Shown: positions 48,672 through 57,568 of the stretch, one piece after another
How positions within the stretch are numbered: the stretch's first letter is position 1
Layout: every line of letters starts with the position of its first letter
DNA from: a virus
Lineage: Duplodnaviria; Caudoviricetes
IMG/VR virus record: IMGVR_UViG_3300022591_000009
Span: 1 to 59,131 of that record
DNA length: 59,131 nt
Reading direction: 5' to 3' (one strand)
Program-made: the position numbers and the translations under genes
The notes under the pieces: model-generated
The model's input: only the letters and a program-made list of their open reading frames with translations
What the model was told of the DNA's origin: nothing
The model's database searches: none

Positions 48672-48965
48672 TTAGAAGTCGCCCTCTTGGTGGCGCTTTT
48701 GTAGTTCCTCTAGTAGTTCAGGGATGGTGGATTCAGTTATGTTATCAGTATTGACACCCATAAGTCCAGCAGTTTCTTCGGCAAGGCTAGTTGCGCCTTC
48801 GTCTCCTATGAGTTCAGTAGTAACTGACCCCATAGTAATTGCGATAGCAAGCATATAAACAAGCCTGCTTTCTTTTCCGAATAGCGGGTCTATGACATCC
48901 TCGCAGCGGGTCTCTGCACGTTTTATTGCATTGGCAACCTGTATGGCGCTGATACTAATACTCAT
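48672..48965 (-). CDS. Hypothetical protein
   Basis: ORF in the leftward block. Confidence 0.6.
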   Translation of the reverse strand: MSISISAIQVANAIKRAETRCEDVIDPLFGKESRLVYMLAIAITMGSVTTELIGDEGATSLAEETAGLMGVNTDNITESTIPELLEELQKRHQEGDF

Positions 48966-49139
48966 TTAGTTACCACCGCAGATTACGCAACGCTCGGTCG
49001 CAACGGTTTCTCCGTAGTGTGGGGTACGGTCGTCACAGTTGAGGCAATCTCTCATACTCCAACTCATTTAGTTATCTCCTAGTCGTTTCCGTAGGTCGTT
49101 GTCAATACCGCCCTTGTATCCTTGTGCCATGTTATCTCC

Positions 49140-50030
49140 TTATGAGTTGATGAATAGGTAGCGACCCGTGAGCCATTGGTTACTTGTAGGTGTGGTACTT
49201 GATATTAGTGCATTGTAGGTATCTGACCAACTAGACTTTCGGTTGGTAAGCCACCATGTTGCAACTGCTGGCGTAGCAAAAGACGTGCCTAGAGCAAATA
49301 CACTAGCGCCTGTCAGCGTGGTTACATAGTAACGACCATTGGAATAGACGGTGGTTTGAGCGTTACCATTACTGTAAGTAGCAATAACAGGCTTAGCTTT
49401 AGAATCCCATGATATTCCTGACGTTCCAGCATTGGGGTTATCAGTTGCGCCCACCGAGATAGCGTTAGGGTCACACGCTGGACTATTCATACTCGTTCTA
49501 TTATAGTCGTTGCCTGTCGCCACAACTGTCGCCACGTTCTCTGCTTTAAGCGTAGCAATATCAGCAGATAGACCGTCAGGCATGGAACACGCAGCAAATA
49601 CGCCACCGACAGATATGCTAACAACGCCGATATTAAATCTCTCTTTATTGGCTATTACCCAATCCATAGCGTTCTTAATATCAACCTGCGAGTAGAGAAG
49701 CGGTAATCCTGTGGGACTAGCACCTGTAATTCGGATAGGTATTAGTTTGATAGTAGGGTTTTCTTTGACCATGACAGACAATACCTCCTCGCCGTGATTA
49801 AATACGGCAGAAGCATTGGCGGGTACATTTGCAGACCCCGCGCCTTCCATAGTCTGATTACCATTGAGGCAATACCCGAAGTGGAGAGTGCAATACTCAG
49901 CCACGATATTAGACTTATAGAGCGAATCATTAAATCCCATGTCTATAACAACTGCGCTCGGTGCGGTGTCTGCATGAGCAGGCGATACCAAGCTCATTGT
50001 TAGTATTAGAGCAAGTATTACTTTTTTCAT
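49140..50030 (-). CDS. Secreted subtilisin-like (S8) serine protease
   Basis: Signal peptide (AHA cleavage site), VIDMG (Asp), NHGEEV (His), ATGND (oxyanion Asn), GTSFATP (Ser). Confidence 0.88.
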   Translation of the reverse strand: MKKVILALILTMSLVSPAHADTAPSAVVIDMGFNDSLYKSNIVAEYCTLHFGYCLNGNQTMEGAGSANVPANASAVFNHGEEVLSVMVKENPTIKLIPIRITGASPTGLPLLYSQVDIKNAMDWVIANKERFNIGVVSISVGGVFAACSMPDGLSADIATLKAENVATVVATGNDYNRTSMNSPACDPNAISVGATDNPNAGTSGISWDSKAKPVIATYSNGNAQTTVYSNGRYYVTTLTGASVFALGTSFATPAVATWWLTNRKSSWSDTYNALISSTTPTSNQWLTGRYLFINS

Positions 50031-50194
50031 TAGTCCTCAATCTCATCTGCGATATAGTTTGCCCATTTGAGCAGGTCATATTGGGTTTCTTGCATAGCCA
50101 ACGAGCTTGCCATGTCCATAGCTTCGTCCTCGTTGTTAGCCTCAATCTCATAAGTAATTGAGTTGATGTTTACGGTAACTTCGTATTTAGGCAT
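50030..50194 (-). CDS. Small protein (YEVTV...EANNEDEA)
   Basis: AAGGAG SD; resembles 50671..50829. Confidence 0.65.
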   Translation of the reverse strand: MPKYEVTVNINSITYEIEANNEDEAMDMASSLAMQETQYDLLKWANYIADEIED

Positions 50195-50204
50195 AATTAA
50201 CTCC

Positions 50205-50669
50205 TTAGCATATCTCGAAGCCACCACAGGCTTCTAGAAACTCGGCAAATTGTTGTACGTTCTCTACGCTGAACGGGTAGTTTGCTTCCGCAGGGCTGGT
50301 AGTGCCCTCGCCATGACATGAGTTGCAACCCTTCTGCTTCCACTCTACGCCGTAGAGTCCGTCAGGTCGTTGTCCTGTACCTTCACAGATACGACAGGTT
50401 GGTCGTTCTATAAGACTAATAATTAGTTCTCTAGCAGTTGCGTATTCAGCAGTACGACCCGACTCAATCTCGGCTTTTAATACTTGGCTCAGTTGTAGCG
50501 CGTGAGCTTCACCGAAGCCGTCACCGTCGTTGGTATGACCGCTTATCTCTTTGCACTTGGGATACACCTCCTCGCAGTAATCCCATAGTGGTCGCCACCA
50601 CCACACGTTGTTGCGGAAGTATTCGCCTGAATCATTGGCGGGCTTTGTGCCATAAACGTCCATGCCCAT
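50205..50669 (-). CDS. Hypothetical protein with DnaJ-like CxxCxGxG zinc motifs
   Basis: MGMDVY...YFRNNVWWWRPLW, CRICEGTG, CNSCHGEG, FLEACGGFEIC. Confidence 0.8.
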   Translation of the reverse strand: MGMDVYGTKPANDSGEYFRNNVWWWRPLWDYCEEVYPKCKEISGHTNDGDGFGEAHALQLSQVLKAEIESGRTAEYATARELIISLIERPTCRICEGTGQRPDGLYGVEWKQKGCNSCHGEGTTSPAEANYPFSVENVQQFAEFLEACGGFEIC

Positions 50670-50670
50670 A

Positions 50671-50829
50671 TTACAATCCCACTTTCTTACTTGTATAGTT
50701 AGCTTTATCGCCTAGTCGTCCATAATCCTTTTCTACCCACTCAACGGTCTGCATGATAGCTTCGTCATGCGACTCGGCTTTGACCGTATGGGAGATGTTT
50801 GCACTTACTATAACCTCGTATGTTGCCAT
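50671..50829 (-). CDS. Small protein (YEVIV...KAESHDEA)
   Basis: AAGGTGG SD; resembles 50030..50194. Confidence 0.65.
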   Translation of the reverse strand: MATYEVIVSANISHTVKAESHDEAIMQTVEWVEKDYGRLGDKANYTSKKVGL

Positions 50830-50901
50830 GATATTCCACCTTTTTGTTTGGGTTGAGCCTCGCAAGGCTAAGGGAAGGTAGCCTTGCGAGAATCTATTGA
50901 G

Positions 50902-52890
50902 TTAGTGTCTAACTGATAACTGGTCTTTTACTACACGGCGAGCGACACCAACTAGGTCGGCTGGCTTTGCAACCGCCGTGAAGTGGGTCGCACCATGACC
51001 GAGGCGCTTAATCTCGTTGTCAAGGTACTGTCGCTTATCGTTCAGGTCTGTAATATGGTCGGTATAAATACTACCTAGATACACAATACAGACGACAACG
51101 CCTTCGTTCATAAGGGTCTTGACCAACAGGTCGTTGTCCTTCTCGTTGCCCCACGTACCGTCAGTTACAATAAAAAGTAACTTGGTAGGCTTTGCCGAGG
51201 CGCGGAATAGTCGGAGGCTGGTACGCAACCCCTCAATCGGGTCAGTACCGCCTGACGACTTGAGAGACTTATACTCATTTGGTTTAGCCTTCTCGTCACT
51301 CATATATACGTTGCGCGAGACATGGTTAAACGTCATGGCAGTTACGTTGGCGTTGATACGCTCTAGCCCACGCTTGATAGCCCACACCGCTTGGCTTGCT
51401 TGGTCAATCTGACCACCCATTGAGCCTGAACGGTCAAGCATAATAACTGACTCAATATCACAGTTATCGTTGCCTTGCGACCACTTATCGAACAGGCGAG
51501 GCAGGTCGTTAATACCTGCGTTCATGGTGCGTGGGATATTTAACTTACCGCTAGGGCGTTCCTTCTCCCACTCAGGGTCATTGTCCACGCGTAGGCGCTC
51601 TAACTCTGTACCGAACATATTAGAAGCGTGACGAAACGCGGGGTCAATATTAGAGTAGTAGGTGAACGCCGTATCCTTGCGGAGGTTATTGCCTACACCG
51701 TCACCGTTAATAGCCTTCATAACAGTTTTAGTCTCAGCCTTAACTTGTGGCAGTTTAGATATAGCTTCTGCACGCTCGTTGATAAGTGCGACAATATCGT
51801 CAAGCCCGCTAAAGTCTTTCTGCGGTACAACTACGTCAGGTGTATCTGAATCGCCAGCACCTTTACTAGGCTTGTCATTATCTTTATCCTTGTTGTCAGG
51901 CTTGTTATCACTTGGCTTGATAGGCTCGCTTTCGCCTTCGCCTTCACGTGCTTCGGCTTGGAGACGTGCCTGCTCTGAACCTTTGGCAGGACGACCGCCA
52001 CGCATAACCTTACGACCACCGCAACCGCCGTTCTTTGGCGGGGTTGAGCCTACGTACTCATACATACGCATAATTAGCTCTTTAGCACGTTGGCTATCGT
52101 TAGGGAAGGCTAGAGTACGGTACTCGTCAATAATCTCAGCCACGGCTAACGCTTGCTCTACACCATACTTATCTACGTATAACTCCGCGATACGTTGGCG
52201 CAAGTCCATGTCAAGATGACGGCGACCGCGAGTGATATAGAAGGCATTAGGAATAGAATCAGGGTCTTTAGTATCTATGGCATAGGTACTGACGGCAGAC
52301 TCTAGAAAGTAACGCGTACTAGGATACTTAGTAGTTAGCAGGGTTTCGATACGACCTTCCTCTAGCGTATTAAACGCGAGCTGATAGCGTGGAGTGACCA
52401 TGCGCCCAAAATGGACGACATGGGTGGCTACCCACTTGCCGAGTTCGCTACCCGACCGTGGAGAGTAGAGAGCATGAGCGAGTTCGTGATAGTTCACGCC
52501 GTTCATAGCGACCACGCTCGTATCGTTGATATTGTCGAGCAACTTAGGGTTCATAGCAATAACAGAGCCGTTATTACTTGCAACCGAATCCATGTCACGG
52601 TTGGCAGGACTAATAACTACCTCAATATCTTGGTTAGCAAGAATCCTATCTGCCTTAGTATAGATATTAGCCACGCTATCGTATTGGGAGGCAAGGTCGG
52701 AGAGCGAATCCTGATAGATAGTATTCGCCTCCTCCTCTAAATCCCACTTGATACGGTAGTTAGTGCCCGTGTTCCAATACTCCGAGGTTGCCACGCTATC
52801 GGTAGGGTCAATACCCATGCTGATAAGGTGGTCGTTACGTACCTGCTCAACTAGGTCATGCCACTTAATAGGCTCATTATTATTTGACAT
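50902..52890 (-). CDS. VWA-domain protein with N-terminal HExxH metallopeptidase-like domain (CobT/MoxR partner)
   Basis: HELAH...NTLEEGRIE, SGKLN, MIDAS DRSGSM, GGT, IVTDG. Confidence 0.88.
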   Translation of the reverse strand: MSNNNEPIKWHDLVEQVRNDHLISMGIDPTDSVATSEYWNTGTNYRIKWDLEEEANTIYQDSLSDLASQYDSVANIYTKADRILANQDIEVVISPANRDMDSVASNNGSVIAMNPKLLDNINDTSVVAMNGVNYHELAHALYSPRSGSELGKWVATHVVHFGRMVTPRYQLAFNTLEEGRIETLLTTKYPSTRYFLESAVSTYAIDTKDPDSIPNAFYITRGRRHLDMDLRQRIAELYVDKYGVEQALAVAEIIDEYRTLAFPNDSQRAKELIMRMYEYVGSTPPKNGGCGGRKVMRGGRPAKGSEQARLQAEAREGEGESEPIKPSDNKPDNKDKDNDKPSKGAGDSDTPDVVVPQKDFSGLDDIVALINERAEAISKLPQVKAETKTVMKAINGDGVGNNLRKDTAFTYYSNIDPAFRHASNMFGTELERLRVDNDPEWEKERPSGKLNIPRTMNAGINDLPRLFDKWSQGNDNCDIESVIMLDRSGSMGGQIDQASQAVWAIKRGLERINANVTAMTFNHVSRNVYMSDEKAKPNEYKSLKSSGGTDPIEGLRTSLRLFRASAKPTKLLFIVTDGTWGNEKDNDLLVKTLMNEGVVVCIVYLGSIYTDHITDLNDKRQYLDNEIKRLGHGATHFTAVAKPADLVGVARRVVKDQLSVRH

Positions 52891-54269
52891 TACGCGCTCA
52901 CTTCGTCTGCGCTGGCAGAGGTCACGAAGGTCTTAACGCCGAGTTCGTCAGCGATACGAGACTTGTAGGTATCCATGACCAACTTAACTGCGCCACGTTC
53001 GCCTGACTTATCATCAAACCCATTTAGATAAGAATACATAGCGTAATCCAATCCAAGCGAATTGACGTTAGTAACGAAGCCAACGAGTGCGCGGGTAGAG
53101 ATAGGCGTGTTAATTTCCTCAAGGTCGTAACGCTTACGAAGCGCCTCAGCCATTTCGAGGAGAGCCTTACTCTTAACTAGCTTAGTCTCAATAGTCTTGT
53201 CGTATGGAAACTCTAGGATATGACCCTTCATAAATCGGTCGTGCCATGCTTGGTTCATAGGGCGCGTGCCACGATAGTCGGGGTTCATGTCTGCAATAAT
53301 AAGCAGGTCTTTATGAGCCTTGATAACTTCGCCACCATTGGCAAGCAACTGAATCTCACGGCGGTCGTCCAAAAGTCCAAACAGGACAGTTGTTACTCGC
53401 TCAGGGATAAAGTTCACTTCATTTAGGAGAAGCACACCACCGTTGCGTACCATGTCGGTAACTGCGCCGTCTTGCCACTTGTAGTGACCGTCTGCGGTAG
53501 GAATCCATTGACCAAACAGTTCAGAAGGTTCTAACCCATTATGACTAGATACGTTGTAGTAGCGGTGACCACGTGAGCCAGCGTAAGCAAGGGCGCACAT
53601 AGTCTTACCCGAGCCAGCATGACCTTTGATAAGGACGTTCTGCTGGTTCTTAAACGCAACGTCTAGAATATCGAAATCTTTGACACCACTAACAGTTCGG
53701 TTAATATAAGTATCTGCCCATTTGCGGTCAGGTACGGTAGCCATAGCTAGGCTGATAGAAGGTGCGGATACAGTAACAGGCTCTTTAATAGCCTCAGTAA
53801 TAACAGGCTCAGTAACAGAAGCAGAGGTGACCACCGTAGAAAAATCGGGGGTTGGAGACTCTGCTAATGGGCTAAGTACGATAGGAGAGTTACGGCGCTT
53901 ATCGGCAATATAATCGTTAAGCGAGTTATCCCCAAGATAGAGACGGCGAGCCACGTTAGAGGCTAGTGTCTTGTGATTACCTGCGAACGAGAGTTCGGGT
54001 AATGGGTCACTCATAAGTGCCTTAGTAGCAATACCGCCGACCTGACCTTGGCTAATCATTTCGTAATCACGCAAGGTAAGGACAACTGCAATAGGGCTGG
54101 TTAGTGTTGTGGTAAGTGGCAAGACGTTAAAGTCTGTCTTGTGCCACGCTTGACCCGCACCGCGCTCGCCTGTAGCGATACGGTGATAGACAACGGCTTC
54201 GTTGCCGTCAGGTACAACGAGACTTTGCTCGCAAGCATTGTCTCCGCTAGTGATAAGTATTCCGAGCAT
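52890..54269 (-). CDS. MoxR/CbbQ-like AAA+ ATPase
   Basis: GHAGSGKT, WQDG, LLNEVN, NPDYRGT..NQAWHDRF, ISTR; AAAGGGAAG SD before ATG 54269. Confidence 0.9.
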   Translation of the reverse strand: MLGILITSGDNACEQSLVVPDGNEAVVYHRIATGERGAGQAWHKTDFNVLPLTTTLTSPIAVVLTLRDYEMISQGQVGGIATKALMSDPLPELSFAGNHKTLASNVARRLYLGDNSLNDYIADKRRNSPIVLSPLAESPTPDFSTVVTSASVTEPVITEAIKEPVTVSAPSISLAMATVPDRKWADTYINRTVSGVKDFDILDVAFKNQQNVLIKGHAGSGKTMCALAYAGSRGHRYYNVSSHNGLEPSELFGQWIPTADGHYKWQDGAVTDMVRNGGVLLLNEVNFIPERVTTVLFGLLDDRREIQLLANGGEVIKAHKDLLIIADMNPDYRGTRPMNQAWHDRFMKGHILEFPYDKTIETKLVKSKALLEMAEALRKRYDLEEINTPISTRALVGFVTNVNSLGLDYAMYSYLNGFDDKSGERGAVKLVMDTYKSRIADELGVKTFVTSASADEVSA

Positions 54270-54420
54270 AATATATGACTTCCCTTTCATATCTGAATAG
54301 GCGCTTTGCCTATTCGTAGTTACACCTACACCCACTCAACATATATAGCCTCCGATATATTCCCGCCTTCATAAAAAAAGTCGGGGTTGGCTATCTAAGT
54401 AGGTAGCAGATATAGAGAGA

Positions 54421-54476
54421 ACAGTAATAGAGAGAGAGATAGAAGGATACTCAGGCGGTGCTCAGCTAACTCTCAG
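54421..54476 (-). promoter_or_regulatory. Activator-type promoter: -10 TACTGT plus triple CTGAG box
   Basis: Plus-strand CTCAG at 54450/54461/54472; -10 complement at 54421-54426. Confidence 0.7.
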
Positions 54477-54687
54477 GAATCTCTCTCTGCTCTCTGGCTA
54501 GTTATTAGATACTCTCCAGCCACTTATCACCTAGTACCCAACCGAATAGCTGTTTAATCTGGTCGCTCTCCTACTCAGCCTATTAGCACTCTCCGACAGT
54601 AGCCGAAACTGCCATTTGGCTGGTTATTAGTTGCTAATTGGGCAGGTATTAGCTGTAGCTCATAGCTGGCTGGGCAGGAATTGTCAA

Positions 54688-54725
54688 TTCAGCCTGTGCT
54701 CAGCTGGCTCTCAGGATTCTCTCAG
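54688..54725. repeat. Four (C/T)TCAG boxes with an 11-bp period
   Basis: Boxes start at 54688, 54699, 54710 and 54721. Confidence 0.8.
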
Positions 54726-54800
54726 CTTGACAGGCAGGCTTTCCTAGGGAACAAGTTCCTTATGCCTTAACCCAATGCCACAAATGTTTGGGTTGGGCAT

Positions 54801-54816
54801 GGTTTCACGTGAAACA
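54801..54816. promoter_or_regulatory. parS: parS site (ParB/Spo0J-binding palindrome)
   Basis: GGTTTCACGTGAAACA, with a perfect GTTTCACGTGAAAC core at 54802-54815. Confidence 0.8.
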
Positions 54817-54821
54817 GGCAT

Positions 54822-54860
54822 AAAAAAAGCCCCACCAGCACGTGGCTGGCAGGGCTTCTT
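54822..54860 (-). terminator. Probable leftward terminator
   Basis: AAAAAAAGCCC...CCAGC..GCTGG...GGGCTT, just after the stop of 54873..55184. Confidence 0.7.
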
Positions 54861-54872
54861 CTCTATATCTAG

Positions 54873-55184
54873 CTACATACTAGATACTGATTGCTTCCAG
54901 AGCTCAAATAGCTCGCGCTCGCTCTTAGCTGGCTGGTTTTTGTTCTCCAGCAGGGCTTCGAGGTGCTTTAGCTCAGCTACGAGCTTGTTGATACGGTCTT
55001 GCTTCTTACGCAACTTAGCTGATTTGGACTTGGAGTGGTGGTTGATATCTAATCCAGCCTCTTTGCAGAAGCCTTCATAGAGCTTTAGGTATTCAGCGCG
55101 ATAGGTTTTTGCCAATTCGCGCATAGCTTTCTGGCGACATACATTTACTGCGGTCGCTTTCTGACGTGGTGTGAGTGTTGTCAT
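54873..55184 (-). CDS. Hypothetical basic protein
   Basis: AAAGG SD before ATG 55184. Confidence 0.65.
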   Translation of the reverse strand: MTTLTPRQKATAVNVCRQKAMRELAKTYRAEYLKLYEGFCKEAGLDINHHSKSKSAKLRKKQDRINKLVAELKHLEALLENKNQPAKSERELFELWKQSVSSM

Positions 55185-55281
55185 GCCTTTTCTTTCTCTA
55201 GTGTGGGTTTGGGTTGTGAATACATGGTGTAACGCCCCCGCTACACCATATATTCCGAACAGAACGGATGGGAAAGTACCC

Positions 55282-55599
55282 CTACTGTTCCTCAGTAAAA
55301 CCTTTCGTTGCATCAACAATAGAGTCGTATTCCTCTATCTCCGCCAGCATGGACTCCTTGTCCCGTTCTGATAATAGCTCTGCTAGTAGTCTGACCTGTG
55401 ACTTGTTGATAACATCCACAATGAATGTCATTACATTGTTCACAACGATACCTCGAGCCTCATCATCAAATGGGTGGTCGGTACATGATTCTAACCAGCC
55501 TATAAAGTCTGAAGCGTCATGCGCCACATCATACATAGTCTGTTTTAAGATGTCTGGCAGGGTAATTGGTGCAATTACCATGGGGTCTTGGGTAATCAT
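55282..55599 (-). CDS. Hypothetical protein
   Basis: AAGGAG SD. Confidence 0.65.
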   Translation of the reverse strand: MITQDPMVIAPITLPDILKQTMYDVAHDASDFIGWLESCTDHPFDDEARGIVVNNVMTFIVDVINKSQVRLLAELLSERDKESMLAEIEEYDSIVDATKGFTEEQ

Positions 55600-55738
55600 T
55601 TGTACTCCTTCGTTACTTCATCTACTGGCAGACTCCATATGTCACACCAGCCTGCCTCTTTGGTCTTTAGGACAACTCGCCCACTCTCATAGGTTTCTAC
55701 GAGATAGAAGCGTTCTCCCTCTTGGAATATATGTTGCC

Positions 55739-56047
55739 TTACCATTCTTTATCCTCCTGTCCGACGATGTCGTAGAAACCTGAACCTAGTTCTACGGTCT
55801 TTACTGTGGATATGAAACGTAGCCCGCAAGAATTGTCATACCAATCTCTTAACAGGTTAAACATTTCTTCTGGTGTAGAGTCCGTGGCTTTGATGAGTGG
55901 GTCGTAACCATACTCAGCCGTTTTCTCCATTTGCTCATCATCCATGAGGATGTAGATTTTGTGGCAGGTGTCCCACGCAATACCTGAGGCATTGTGCAGG
56001 GCGGTGCGAATTGCTTCGTCGTACTGACTTTTTACTTTGGTACTCAC
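55739..56047 (-). CDS. Hypothetical protein (WDTCHKIY...SCGLRFI)
   Basis: GTGA overlap with the upstream gene. Confidence 0.7.
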   Translation of the reverse strand: MSTKVKSQYDEAIRTALHNASGIAWDTCHKIYILMDDEQMEKTAEYGYDPLIKATDSTPEEMFNLLRDWYDNSCGLRFISTVKTVELGSGFYDIVGQEDKEW

Positions 56048-56256
56048 TTGCGGAACCCCCTTACATACCATGTCGTCCATTTTGGGCGCATGGTCTTGAT
56101 GTCTATATAACGGACGGCTAGGTTGCCATTAGGCTTGGTATCAACTCTGATAACTAGCCCCTTATGATTATTGAGTTGTGTCTTGATGAGGCGCCCACGG
56201 CGCGGTAATGTTTGGGTTGGCATTACTCCTCCTCCTTCATAGCGTTTTACTAGCAC
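56044..56256 (-). CDS. Hypothetical protein
   Basis: Two in-frame starts, each with a strong SD (GTG 56256, ATG 56223). Confidence 0.6.
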   Translation of the reverse strand: MLVKRYEGGGVMPTQTLPRRGRLIKTQLNNHKGLVIRVDTKPNGNLAVRYIDIKTMRPKWTTWYVRGFRK

Positions 56257-56284
56257 TTGCTTTCCCTTTCTAGTCTGTGTGTAT

Positions 56285-56340
56285 ATCTTATGGGTATGGC
56301 TGATAACGAGCTTCTCAGCCCGTGCTCAGGTAGTTCTCAG
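56285..56340 (-). promoter_or_regulatory. Activator-type promoter: -10 TAAGAT plus triple CTGAG box
   Basis: Plus-strand CTCAG at 56314/56325/56336; -10 complement at 56285-56290. Confidence 0.75.
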
Positions 56341-56352
56341 GTTTGGGTCGAG

Positions 56353-56384
56353 TTATCCACAGGCTGGGGATAACCTGTGGATAA
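56353..56384. promoter_or_regulatory. Cluster of three DnaA boxes
   Basis: TTATCCACA (+, 56353-61), TTATCCCCA (-, 56365-73), TTATCCACA (-, 56376-84). Confidence 0.8.
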
Positions 56385-56399
56385 CTCTTACCTAGTTAG

Positions 56400-57401
56400 T
56401 TATGCGAGAGCCTTGACGGCTGAGAGGATACGTGCCTTCTCGGCAGTAATCTGTGGGTCGAAGCCACTCGCAGCTGCCCAGACATTCTCGTTCGTACCCT
56501 TGCGGGCGAAGCGGTAATAATCTAAGCGCTCGGTGAGGGCTTGGAATGTTCCCCACGCAGTACCTTTGATATTGGTATTGGTAGGAGAGGTGTGGTACAG
56601 GTCGTTGAGAATGTTAATCTTATTTTCCCATTTAGTGACTGTGACCTTGGCTGAGCCAGACTCTGGCTTAGGATAGAGAGCCAAGATAATCTCATTAAAC
56701 TTGGCGTCTGATACGGCGGTCTCGAACAAGGCGCGAGCCTCATTCTCGAAGGCGTCCATATGGTTGAAGGTGAGCCCTAGGACTCGGCGAGCTTCATCAA
56801 CCCGTCCTGCAACCGTTGAGGTGTGGCGAACCTTAAAGCTCTGCTTAGAGCCTCGGAGCGCCATGTTGAGTGTGTTCTGGCACACAACTCTCACGGGTGT
56901 GATATTGGCTTGGATAGCAGCTGAACCGTCATGGCTCGTTGTTACTAGGAGATAAGTCTTAGTAACATCGTTAGCGCCGTCAGGGTCTAGGACAAACTCT
57001 CTCGGCACTACTAATGAGCCGAATACTACTTTGCCGTCCTTGATAGAGCCAGCGCTCTCCCATGAAGCACCGCCGTCGAGCACGCCGTCACCGAAGGAGA
57101 ATAGCTCCTCGTTCTGGAATACCTTGTAACGGTCACCGACAACGGAGAGCACGTCGGTGCCACCGTCAAACGGATTGGTTCTAACAACCAGCTGGTTATT
57201 AGCGTGAGAGCGATAGCCCTCGGGTACGGGCAAGGATTCCAAACGGACATCCCATGCGTTGAGCTTGGCAGCTTCGAGCATATCTGCCGTGGTTACGTGC
57301 GCGTCCTCGTCGAATAGGACGTTAGCGAGGTTGTGCCACGCTGGTGCACCGCGGAGAGCGAATGCAACTTCGCCGTCCTGCATTTCTAGGTTGTGAGCCA
57401 T
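56400..57401 (-). CDS. DUF932/DUF945-family phage/plasmid protein
   Basis: MAHNLE...PAWH, YKVFQNEE, ESAGS, SHDGS, TPVRVVCQNTL, RHT, GTAWG. Confidence 0.9.
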   Translation of the reverse strand: MAHNLEMQDGEVAFALRGAPAWHNLANVLFDEDAHVTTADMLEAAKLNAWDVRLESLPVPEGYRSHANNQLVVRTNPFDGGTDVLSVVGDRYKVFQNEELFSFGDGVLDGGASWESAGSIKDGKVVFGSLVVPREFVLDPDGANDVTKTYLLVTTSHDGSAAIQANITPVRVVCQNTLNMALRGSKQSFKVRHTSTVAGRVDEARRVLGLTFNHMDAFENEARALFETAVSDAKFNEIILALYPKPESGSAKVTVTKWENKINILNDLYHTSPTNTNIKGTAWGTFQALTERLDYYRFARKGTNENVWAAASGFDPQITAEKARILSAVKALA

Positions 57402-57471
57402 GCTTTCCCTTTCATGTCGTATATAAGCGCGGTGTTGCGGTTATATGCGGTAACTCTTGGTTACAGGTGTA

Positions 57472-57527
57472 ACTTTATAGGTGGTTAGGTATTAGTGCCT
57501 CTCAGGTGGTGCTCAGGTGATTCTCAG
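57472..57527 (-). promoter_or_regulatory. Activator-type promoter: -10 TAAAGT plus triple CTGAG box
   Basis: Plus-strand CTCAG at 57501/57512/57523; -10 complement at 57472-57477. Confidence 0.75.
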
Positions 57528-57568
57528 CTAATCAACACGCCCGAGCGCGTGGTAACTCTCTCTAGCAA

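Noticed and set aside
50902-54269. True cobaltochelatase CobS/CobT serving B12 synthesis for NrdJ
   Set aside because: No cobN or other cob genes are present, and MoxR/VWA pairs of this type are common in phage early regions.
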